Positions 6,545 through 14,737 of a DNA stretch of 36,646 bases are shown piece by piece (position 1 is the first letter of the stretch; each line of letters opens with the position of its first letter). The notes below the pieces were generated by a model. That model was not told the origin of the DNA. It did no database searches and saw nothing but the letters and a program-made list of their open reading frames with translations. Both the position numbers and the translations under genes were made by a program. Source of the stretch: an uncultured Candidatus Saccharibacteria bacterium (GTDB lineage Bacteria > Patescibacteriota > Saccharimonadia > CAILAD01 > BJGX01); assembly GCA_964552475.1 (NCBI GenBank), contig CAZKFZ010000007.1, forward strand, positions 1 through 36,646, given 5' to 3'.

Positions 6545-9091
6545 TTATTTGCTAATTTCGTCTTTTTCTGAATTAGATTCATCGGCTTTGACCTTCTGCA
6601 TTAACGCCACTGAAGCAATTTGATCTTCACCATTAAGTCGCATTATTCTTACACCCTGTGTAGCTCTGCCGATAATTGGGATAGCCGTTAATTTGAGGCG
6701 TATTACTTGACCTTGCTTTGAGATAAGTAATACATCGTCGTCGAGTTCGGGCACAATTCGAACATCGATTGCTTGACCAGTCTTGGCGGTTGCAACGCCA
6801 GCCTTAATACCAACACCACCTCTATTGTGACTACTAAATTGTTGAGACTTAGTGATTTTACCGTAGCCATTTTCCATAACTACTAGTAGTAAACCTTCGG
6901 ACTTACCAAGCACATCCATACCCACTACTGAGTCGCCGGGTCGCAAACGAATACCTCTCACGCCACGTGTAGCACGACCCATTGGCCTAGCATCTGCTTC
7001 TTTAAAACGGATCGCTTGTGCCTTGGCGGTAGATATAATTACGTCGTCGCCATCAGTAGTTTTCTTTACCCAATTTAATTGGTCGCCTTTGTCTAGCTTG
7101 ATACAAATTATGCCACTTTGACGAATATTTGCGAAATCTTCTATTTTTGTTTTCTTAATCACACCATTTTTAGTGGTCATAAATAGAAATTGTGTTTTCT
7201 CGTCTTTTTGCAGACTCAGCATAGACGTAACTCGTTCTTCTGGACCAAGATTTATAATGTTAACTATTGATTGACCTTTGGCGGTACGACTAGCAGGAGG
7301 AATTTCGTAAACTTTAAGTTTGAATACACGACCAAGACTAGTAAAGAAGAGTACTGTATCGTGTGTGCGACACTGCAAGACATGTTCGACCACGTCTTCT
7401 TCTTTAGTACTCATGCCTATCTTGCCTTTACCTCCACGGTTTTGACTGCTATAGGTATCGGCCGGAATACGTTTTACATAATTACCTTTGGTGAGACTCA
7501 CCACAACTTCTTCGTCCGGTATAAGATCCTCATCGCTAAAGTTACCAATGGCTTTTTTTATAATCTGCGTACGTCTTTTGTCGCCAAATTTTTCTTTAAT
7601 TTCAATAAGTTCTTCTGAAATAACTTTTAAAATATTTGCTTCGCTTCCAAGAATTTTTTTGAGCTTAGACATTAGGTCTTGTAATTCACTGTATTCGTCT
7701 TCAATTTTTTTACGCTCTAGCCCTGCTAGCGTTCTTAAGGGCATACCTAATATTGCATTGGCCTGTAGTTCGGATAGCTTAAATTTACTCATTAAGTTAG
7801 TTCTGGCTTCATCTTGAGTTTCGGATCCTCGAATGGTTGATATAACTTTATCTATTTGATCTAGAGCTATTCTCAAGCCTTCTAGTATGTGAGCACGGGC
7901 TTCAGCCTTGCGCAATTCAAACTCCGTGCGACGACGTACCACAACTTTACGGTGATCTATAAAGTGACGCAACACCATCTCAATATTTAGTACCCGCGGC
8001 TGTATACCATCGACAAGTGCTAGCATGTTGACATGAAAAGCTGTTTGCATGGGTGTCATTTTGTATAGTTGGTTGAGTATCTTACTGGCATAGGCATCTT
8101 TTTTCAACTCAATTACTACTCGTACCTCTTCTTTAGCTGACTCATCTCTAAGATCAGATATACCAACGATTTTTTTGTCTCTTACAAGGTCAGCGATCTT
8201 TTCTACTAAGGTAGATTTATTTGTCTGATATGGTACTTCAGTGATAATTATTTTCTCTCTACCTTTTTTATCTTGCTCAATATTTGCTACTGCCCGCATA
8301 GTAATTGAACCTTTGCCAGTACCATAGGCGTGAGCGATAGAGCCATCATCGAAAATTATCCCACCAGTAGGGAAGTCTGGACCTTTTATAATCTTACATA
8401 TATCTGCCACTGTAGCGTCTGGATTATCGATAATATACAGCACACCATCAACTACTTCAGTAAGATTGTGGGTAGGAATATTGGTAGCCATACCAACAGC
8501 AATACCTTGTACGCCATTTAGTAAAAGATTGGGCACTTTTGCAGGCAGTACCTTTGGCTCTTGTTGGGAGCCGTCGTAGTTGGGCATAAAGTCGACTGTG
8601 TCTTTGTCTATGTCGAGTAACATCTCTTCGGCAATACGAGTCATACGTGCTTCGGTGTATCGCATGGCAGCCGCACTATCACCGTCCATACTACCAAAGT
8701 TACCCTGACCATCTACGGTTTGGTAGCGCATTATCCAGTCTTGTGCCATACGTGCCATAGAATCGTAGATAGCCGTATCGCCGTGTGGGTGATACTTACC
8801 GATAACTTCACCAACGATAGTGGCAGACTTGCGATATTTTACATTATGGCGAAGACCTAGTGTACCCATAGCATATAGAATTCTACGGTGTACTGGCTTT
8901 AGTCCATCCCTTACGTCTGGTAAAGCCCTAGCTACTATTACACTCATAGCGTATTCTAGGTAACTTTTTTCCATTTCTGACTCTACTGTCTTTGGCGCTA
9001 TTAGACCAAATTCGGTCTTTTGCGGCTCAAAGTTGTTGTCGTCAAAAACTTCAAGGGGTTCTTCAATTGGTGGGTTTTGTTCTTTACTCAT
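6545..9091 (-). CDS. gyrA: DNA gyrase subunit A
   Basis: The 848-aa ORF contains KPVHRRILYAM, the active-site region AAMRYTEARM, and C-terminal beta-pinwheel repeats. It lies 3 nt downstream of gyrB. Confidence 0.97.
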   Translation of the reverse strand: MSKEQNPPIEEPLEVFDDNNFEPQKTEFGLIAPKTVESEMEKSYLEYAMSVIVARALPDVRDGLKPVHRRILYAMGTLGLRHNVKYRKSATIVGEVIGKYHPHGDTAIYDSMARMAQDWIMRYQTVDGQGNFGSMDGDSAAAMRYTEARMTRIAEEMLLDIDKDTVDFMPNYDGSQQEPKVLPAKVPNLLLNGVQGIAVGMATNIPTHNLTEVVDGVLYIIDNPDATVADICKIIKGPDFPTGGIIFDDGSIAHAYGTGKGSITMRAVANIEQDKKGREKIIITEVPYQTNKSTLVEKIADLVRDKKIVGISDLRDESAKEEVRVVIELKKDAYASKILNQLYKMTPMQTAFHVNMLALVDGIQPRVLNIEMVLRHFIDHRKVVVRRRTEFELRKAEARAHILEGLRIALDQIDKVISTIRGSETQDEARTNLMSKFKLSELQANAILGMPLRTLAGLERKKIEDEYSELQDLMSKLKKILGSEANILKVISEELIEIKEKFGDKRRTQIIKKAIGNFSDEDLIPDEEVVVSLTKGNYVKRIPADTYSSQNRGGKGKIGMSTKEEDVVEHVLQCRTHDTVLFFTSLGRVFKLKVYEIPPASRTAKGQSIVNIINLGPEERVTSMLSLQKDEKTQFLFMTTKNGVIKKTKIEDFANIRQSGIICIKLDKGDQLNWVKKTTDGDDVIISTAKAQAIRFKEADARPMGRATRGVRGIRLRPGDSVVGMDVLGKSEGLLLVVMENGYGKITKSQQFSSHNRGGVGIKAGVATAKTGQAIDVRIVPELDDDVLLISKQGQVIRLKLTAIPIIGRATQGVRIMRLNGEDQIASVALMQKVKADESNSEKDEISK

Positions 9092-9094
9092 AAT

Positions 9095-11170
9095 CTATAT
9101 ATCTAAGTTTTCTACTGATTTAGCATGAGTTTGAATGAAGTTCTTTCTTAAAGCCACTTCTTCGCCCATCAGTTTATTAAATATCGCATCGGCTTTTTCG
9201 GCATCAGCTACTGTAACTTTTAGTAGAATTCTATTTTCAGGATCCATAGTAGTTTCCCAGAGCTGATCGGCATTCATTTCACCCAAGCCTTTATAGCGCT
9301 GAATTGATAGGCCGGATATTTTTTGTGTTTCTTGTGACTCACTATCTAAATCTGTTGCTTCAAGTTCTTGTTCTTCTACTGCTAATTCGGCTAGATCTTC
9401 GGCGGTCTCAACACTTTTGGGCACATCTTCTTTAACCGCATCTTGAGGCTTAGTTTTGTCGGATTTTTTATCAGCGATACTACTTTTTAATTCATCAATT
9501 ATTTCATCGCGTTGAGTGTCTGAATAGGCATATTTGGAAGACTTGCCACGGCTTATTTTATATAGAGGTGGTTGAGCAATATAAATTTTACCTTCACTCA
9601 CAAGTTCTGGAAAGTGTCTGTAGAATAGGGTAAGTAATAAAGTTCTTATGTGAGCACCGTCAACATCGGCATCGGTCATAATTATTATTCTATGGTAACG
9701 TAATTTTGAGATATCAAATGTCTCGCCTATACCTGTACCCATTGCAATAATTAGATTTTTTACTTCATTGTTGGCCAGCATCTTGTCTAGTCTAGCTCTC
9801 TCTACGTTCAAAATTTTACCTCTCAAGGGTAGAATAGCCTGAAACTCCCTATCGCGACCCTGTTTGGCCGAGCCACCAGCTGAATCACCCTCTACAATAT
9901 ATACTTCACTTTTTTCGGCGTCTTTGCTTGAGCAGTCAGAAAGTTTGCCAGGTAAAGTCATACCTTCAAGTGCACCTTTTCGGATAACGCTATCGCGAGC
10001 AGCACGAGCTGCCAAGCGAGCACGAGCCGATAGTACACCTTTTCCGATAATCTTTCTGGCTTCGTTGGGGTTCTCTTCTAAGTAATAGCTAAGGTATTCG
10101 TTCAAAACCTTCTCTACTACAGTTCTAATTTCTGGATTACCCAATTTACCCTTTGTTTGGCCTTCAAATTGGGGATCGGGTAACTTCACAGAAATAACTG
10201 CAGTCAAACCCTCTCGCACATCATCACCGGTAAGATTTTCTTCTTTTTCTTTGATTAGTCCGTTTTTACGAGCATAGTCGTTAACTACTCTAGTTAAAGC
10301 TGAACGAAACCCAACTACATGAGTACCGCCCTCGGGGTTGTAGATGTTATTAGCAAAAGCCCTAAGTTGCTCATTAAAGCTATCGCAGTACTGCACCGCC
10401 AATTCAACATTAACTTCGCCAATGTTCTTATCTACATAAAAAGTGGGTTGGTTAAGTGCTTCTTTACCTTTGTTTAGGTGCTCTACATAGCTACGAATTC
10501 CGCCTTCAAAATAAAAGCCGTAGCTACGATTCTTTGACTGGTCAATTAAATTAACTCGAACCCCTTTTGTGAGATAGGCTTGATGTCTTAAATAGTCTAG
10601 AATGGTCTTATAGCTAAATTGAATAGTTTCAAAAATTTCAGCATCTGGTAAAAAGCTAATAGTAGTGCCTTGTTTATTGGTTTTGCCAATCTTTTTAATA
10701 TCACCTGTTGGCACGCCATTTTTATATTCTTGGCTGTACTCCACACCGTCTTTATAGACTACGGCTTTAAGATCGGTCGATAAAGCGTTTACAACGCTTA
10801 CACCCACACCGTGCAAACCACCCGAAACCTTATAACCACCACCACCAAATTTTCCTCCGGCGTGAAGCACAGTTAGGACTGTTTCTAGTGCAGATTTGCC
10901 AGTAGTCTTGTGTTTATCGACAGGTATACCGCGACCATTATCGGTACAGCTCACCCAACCATTTTCGTGCAACACAACTTCGACTTCGTTGGCTTCACCA
11001 GCAATTGCTTCGTCTATGGAGTTATTTACAAGTTCCCAAACAAGATGATGTAAGCCCTCTGGGCCAGTACCACCAATATACATACCAGGGCGTTTTCTTA
11101 CCGGCTCAAGACCTTCTAATACTTGAATCTGTGCGGCTGAATATTGATCTTTGGTTGGCTTTTTTGCCAT
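9095..11170 (-). CDS. gyrB: DNA gyrase subunit B (with an acidic insertion before the QRYKGLGEM motif)
   Basis: The 691-aa ORF contains GLHHLVWELVNNSIDE, GGLHGVG, EGDSAGGSAKQGRDR, PLRGKILNVE and QRYKGLGEM. Confidence 0.97.
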   Translation of the reverse strand: MAKKPTKDQYSAAQIQVLEGLEPVRKRPGMYIGGTGPEGLHHLVWELVNNSIDEAIAGEANEVEVVLHENGWVSCTDNGRGIPVDKHKTTGKSALETVLTVLHAGGKFGGGGYKVSGGLHGVGVSVVNALSTDLKAVVYKDGVEYSQEYKNGVPTGDIKKIGKTNKQGTTISFLPDAEIFETIQFSYKTILDYLRHQAYLTKGVRVNLIDQSKNRSYGFYFEGGIRSYVEHLNKGKEALNQPTFYVDKNIGEVNVELAVQYCDSFNEQLRAFANNIYNPEGGTHVVGFRSALTRVVNDYARKNGLIKEKEENLTGDDVREGLTAVISVKLPDPQFEGQTKGKLGNPEIRTVVEKVLNEYLSYYLEENPNEARKIIGKGVLSARARLAARAARDSVIRKGALEGMTLPGKLSDCSSKDAEKSEVYIVEGDSAGGSAKQGRDREFQAILPLRGKILNVERARLDKMLANNEVKNLIIAMGTGIGETFDISKLRYHRIIIMTDADVDGAHIRTLLLTLFYRHFPELVSEGKIYIAQPPLYKISRGKSSKYAYSDTQRDEIIDELKSSIADKKSDKTKPQDAVKEDVPKSVETAEDLAELAVEEQELEATDLDSESQETQKISGLSIQRYKGLGEMNADQLWETTMDPENRILLKVTVADAEKADAIFNKLMGEEVALRKNFIQTHAKSVENLDI

Positions 11171-11340
11171 AAAGAAAGCTTATCCCCTCAAGTTAATTTA
11201 AAATTAATGTTACAACTCTATATCTATTCTAAAAACAAAAGACAAGTCCTTAATAATACAGTAAAAGACTCATACTTACTTACTATTATAAGCCAATACC
11301 AGGTTAATAACAATACTATATCTAATACTATTGTTATATC

Positions 11341-11658
11341 TTATACGTCTATATCGGCCTGAATGCCACCGAATTTTTTAGCAGCAACATTATAAAGTGC
11401 AGCGGTTATTAACCCCGCAATTAGTCCAATAAGTACATAGAAACCAAAAAATATTCCACCTACAAAAAGGCCACCAAATAGACCGCCCACCAAACCTAAT
11501 ATCGGATTTTTACCACTTATTCCAGCTACAACACCAATTATAAGAATTACAATTGCGTATACTGCACCAAATATCAGCCCTAGCAATCCATAGATAGCTG
11601 CTAAAATTTTGGCCACACTCATTGGCTCTAAATATTTTATTGTAACTTTTTTTGACAT
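11341..11658 (-). CDS. small Gly-rich polytopic membrane protein, DUF3566-like
   Basis: In the 105-aa ORF, the N-terminal IKYLEPMSVAKI and the C-terminal AALYNVAAKKFGGIQADIDV resemble the DUF3566 TM domain that neighbours gyrA in Actinobacteria. This family call is from memory and was not searched. Confidence 0.75.
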   Translation of the reverse strand: MSKKVTIKYLEPMSVAKILAAIYGLLGLIFGAVYAIVILIIGVVAGISGKNPILGLVGGLFGGLFVGGIFFGFYVLIGLIAGLITAALYNVAAKKFGGIQADIDV

Positions 11659-11676
11659 TAGATTAGTAGTGATTTA

Positions 11677-12282
11677 TTAGATTTTTTCTGGGTGACGAAA
11701 ACGATGAAATATAAACTCTACCACTGCACCCAAGACTGCACCAACCAGCAAGAACAGTACCAGTGTAATGCTTGGGATTAAATATCCGTAATATACAGCA
11801 ACTATATACACAACCAAACCAAGTACTAGGCCTGTGACTGATCCACCAATAAGCACCGAGGGTCTAAATATTGTTTTACCAGCAACATCACTTACGCTTT
11901 CTACGACCGGGTTGTGAACAAATTTTGAAAAAGTTCTAGATCTCTTAGGTAGTTGGTTTTGGACTTTTTTTATCTCTTTTTTATATGCAGTTTTTTTCTC
12001 AGCCTTGGTGTACTTGGCAGGAGGTTTTTCTTCGCGTTCTGGCTTCTCGTGCTTTTCTTTTTCTGCTTTTTCCTTTTCCTTGGCTAGTTCAAGTTTGTGC
12101 TTTTCTTTTTCTGCTCTCAAGACTTTCTCGGCTTCGTGGCCCTTTTGAGCAAGCTCACTTTCTTTTTTTTGCACCTCTGCTTTTATAGGCTTTTTTTCTT
12201 TAGATTTAGATAGCTCTAGATTCTTTAGTTCCGGCTTCTCGGCATTAGACTTTTCGTGTTTTTCATTAATTTTTTCAGACAT
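11677..12282 (-). CDS. hypothetical membrane protein with a Lys/Glu-rich N-terminus and two C-terminal TM helices
   Basis: The 201-aa ORF has a GGAGTG Shine-Dalgarno inside the end of the upstream gene and starts 2 nt after the 779-aa gene. Its charged KE-repeat region is followed by hydrophobic helices. Confidence 0.75.
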   Translation of the reverse strand: MSEKINEKHEKSNAEKPELKNLELSKSKEKKPIKAEVQKKESELAQKGHEAEKVLRAEKEKHKLELAKEKEKAEKEKHEKPEREEKPPAKYTKAEKKTAYKKEIKKVQNQLPKRSRTFSKFVHNPVVESVSDVAGKTIFRPSVLIGGSVTGLVLGLVVYIVAVYYGYLIPSITLVLFLLVGAVLGAVVEFIFHRFRHPEKI

Positions 12283-12284
12283 TT

Positions 12285-14624
12285 TTAGTTCACTCCATCA
12301 CTTAATGTTTCTACAAGTTCTATCTCTCTTTTGAGTAAGCGATTTCTGAAGAAAAGATATAATGAGCTGGCGGCAAAGAAACCAATAAATACCAACGGAA
12401 CAGCGTCCGATCCAGTTCTAGGTAGAGGTAGGTTAGAACTAATAAGGTTGAGGCTACATTCAATTCGCTTTGCTGGATTAACATAGAGCGGGGTTTTTAC
12501 TAGCTTGCCAAAAAACTCATCTTGTACCATACAGTCGTAGTTAGTCGTATCGGTTGGTTTATGGGCCGTTGTTGGGAGTGGGTTTTTTAGCTGAACGGTG
12601 AATTCTTTTGAAACAAAAACTAGATTACCTTCGCTAGGTGTAGGCGGAATATCTACGGCTGGCCATTTTAGTATGGTTTGGCCATCAGTTTGCTCTACAC
12701 TTGCCCCACCTGCATCCACTAAATCAGCATACTCAAGTATATCTGATATATTGTCTTGGAAAACGAAGTTACTCATGGTGGTTGCGCCAGTGTTGCTCAC
12801 ACCAATAGTATAAGTAAGTTTATCACCTGCTCTTGCAGTGGCATCATTAGCATCGGTAGGCAAGCCACCACTCGTTAGTAGAGTGAGGTTCTTTACAGTC
12901 TTTTGATAAATAGTATTTTCAACATTTATCGTAACTGTACATGTAGCATTTGTTGAAGTTGCATCATTATCGTTGGCCACTACTTCAACTCGCGCGGTAT
13001 ATCTACCTCCTTGGTTATAAGTATGTTGCAGTGCTTGAGTGAGTTGACTAGACTGCACATTTTGATTTGTGCCATCCCCAAAGTCAAACTTATACTCTTT
13101 GACAGTTGTATTGTCTACTTGTGCCTGTGCGGTCAGGGTGGTATTGAGTGGTGCAGTATCTGAAGAAGCCGGGTTGGCTGTTAGTCGCACACAGCTGAAC
13201 GTTTTTGCGGGCTCTTCACAACGAGGATCACCAACTGGGATACCTGGCCTACATTCGTCTTGTCTGGTCACACTAAATTGGGCCCAGCAATCTTTTGTAT
13301 CAGCAACCGCGACGTTATTTGCATTATAAACTCTTAACGTAATTAGGTAATTGCCTGGCTCTGTGCGCCTAAACGAATCGGCATTAAATGATACAGGGGG
13401 TTCACCCACAGGATCTCTTAGCGTGGTATTGTTATGAACAATCTTTGCAACCCCAGGTACAGGCAGGTAAAACTTACCATTCATCTTGATAGTTTGTGAT
13501 GTCTCATTAGGTGTCTCTTGATAAAGTGCATATTCATATTTGCTAGGTCTAGGGTCTGGACCAGATCCATCTGTGACCGCTGCTTTACCTGTTAACACTG
13601 GCGTAAAGGGCGCAACTCCTGTGTTGTTTTGCATTTTTAAATCATTACAAACTAGTTGTTTTGGGGTAGGAGGTGGCTGAACTATAATCCTAATGGCACA
13701 GTTTCCGGTTGCGCTACCGCGAGCCAATACGGCCGTTCCGTTATTATTAAATGACACCCAAAGTCTTACAGTAAAAGTTCCAGCATTAGGAAAGGCAAAT
13801 GTTCTTCTGTTGGGATCTTGGAACTTACCTGTTGGATTATCAGAGATACCGTTCGCCCGCTTAAGATCCCCGATTTGTTCGCCCAAATCTGTTCCGTTTG
13901 GTTTATACACTCCATAGGCCATATTAACAAGTTCACCTGGTGAAACGTTTTCGCCATTTGCTAAACCACGAAAACCAATCTCGGTGCCAGCCTGTACGGT
14001 AAATGGCCCAGTTGTACCAAGGGTGGAATCAAGCCTCTGACAGCTAATATCTTTTGTAGGTGGGGGAGTGGTTCGTTTTAAGATGATGTTACCGCAATCG
14101 AGTACTACCCCCCATTCATACCACTGACCAGTCTGGGTATCTTGAATTTTATCTTTACCTATAATGGCGCTAAGACAATTAGAATTCCAACGAGATTCTG
14201 CTGTGCCAATATATATGCCCGGTTGAAATTGGGTTGAGTTACCAAAATTTTCTCTACCCATAGATAGCCAGTTTTGGCCTTTGCAGGCTGAACCAACTGT
14301 TGCCTCTTGCATTTTAGCTTGAGATATCTGTAATCTATTAAAAACCTGCTGTATACCTGCAGGATTTTGTTGCCAAACCTTACTTATAAGTGTGCTTTTG
14401 GTAAATGGTCCGCCTGGAATAAGATCATTTGCCGATGATGCATAACTAGGCTTTGGGGGAGCAACAAAGGTTATGAATTGGAATATTAGTAAGCCTACCA
14501 TTAAGACCGATGCGAGCCTACGTGTGGCGGTTTCTTTTGAAAGTCTTTTAGCGTAAAACGCTACTTTACTTTTTGATATTGCACCAATAGAAAATTTCGT
14601 TACTATGTCTTTGAAGTTACTCAT
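12285..14624 (-). CDS. LPXTG-anchored surface protein with PKD-like and DUF11-like Ig-fold repeats
   Basis: The 779-aa ORF has an N-terminal TM/signal (LMVGLLIFQFITFVAPP...SYA). A PKD signature YKFDFGDGT...HTYNQGGRYTARVEV and a DUF11-like segment GDKLTYTIGVSNTGATT are present. A canonical sorting signal LPRTG (12411-12425) is followed by a hydrophobic stretch and RNRLLKRE. Confidence 0.88.
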   Translation of the reverse strand: MSNFKDIVTKFSIGAISKSKVAFYAKRLSKETATRRLASVLMVGLLIFQFITFVAPPKPSYASSANDLIPGGPFTKSTLISKVWQQNPAGIQQVFNRLQISQAKMQEATVGSACKGQNWLSMGRENFGNSTQFQPGIYIGTAESRWNSNCLSAIIGKDKIQDTQTGQWYEWGVVLDCGNIILKRTTPPPTKDISCQRLDSTLGTTGPFTVQAGTEIGFRGLANGENVSPGELVNMAYGVYKPNGTDLGEQIGDLKRANGISDNPTGKFQDPNRRTFAFPNAGTFTVRLWVSFNNNGTAVLARGSATGNCAIRIIVQPPPTPKQLVCNDLKMQNNTGVAPFTPVLTGKAAVTDGSGPDPRPSKYEYALYQETPNETSQTIKMNGKFYLPVPGVAKIVHNNTTLRDPVGEPPVSFNADSFRRTEPGNYLITLRVYNANNVAVADTKDCWAQFSVTRQDECRPGIPVGDPRCEEPAKTFSCVRLTANPASSDTAPLNTTLTAQAQVDNTTVKEYKFDFGDGTNQNVQSSQLTQALQHTYNQGGRYTARVEVVANDNDATSTNATCTVTINVENTIYQKTVKNLTLLTSGGLPTDANDATARAGDKLTYTIGVSNTGATTMSNFVFQDNISDILEYADLVDAGGASVEQTDGQTILKWPAVDIPPTPSEGNLVFVSKEFTVQLKNPLPTTAHKPTDTTNYDCMVQDEFFGKLVKTPLYVNPAKRIECSLNLISSNLPLPRTGSDAVPLVFIGFFAASSLYLFFRNRLLKREIELVETLSDGVN

Positions 14625-14737
14625 TTTATTTTAGGTATTTCCCCATATTAACCTTAATTTATTAATTTAAGGTTATTATAATACACAATTAGTCATAAGC
14701 ACAATAGCATTTATTATTTTGGATTATTTATGTATAA

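Noticed and set aside
2483-8521. Numerous antisense ORFs of 60-147 aa opposite the repeat-protein genes and gyrA (for example 2483-2755, 4193-4480, 4272-4715, 7271-7618, 7488-7817)
   Set aside because: All lie fully inside well-supported genes on the other strand. They have low-complexity or Leu/Ser/Thr/Val-rich shadow composition and lack ribosome-binding sites. They are typical frame-shadow artefacts.
14654-14678. An 8-bp AT-rich palindrome (AACCTTAA...TTAAGGTT) after the ATPase gene as a possible terminator
   Set aside because: It has no U-tract on the minus strand, the stem is entirely weak apart from two G-C pairs, and such palindromes are expected by chance in AT-rich spacers.
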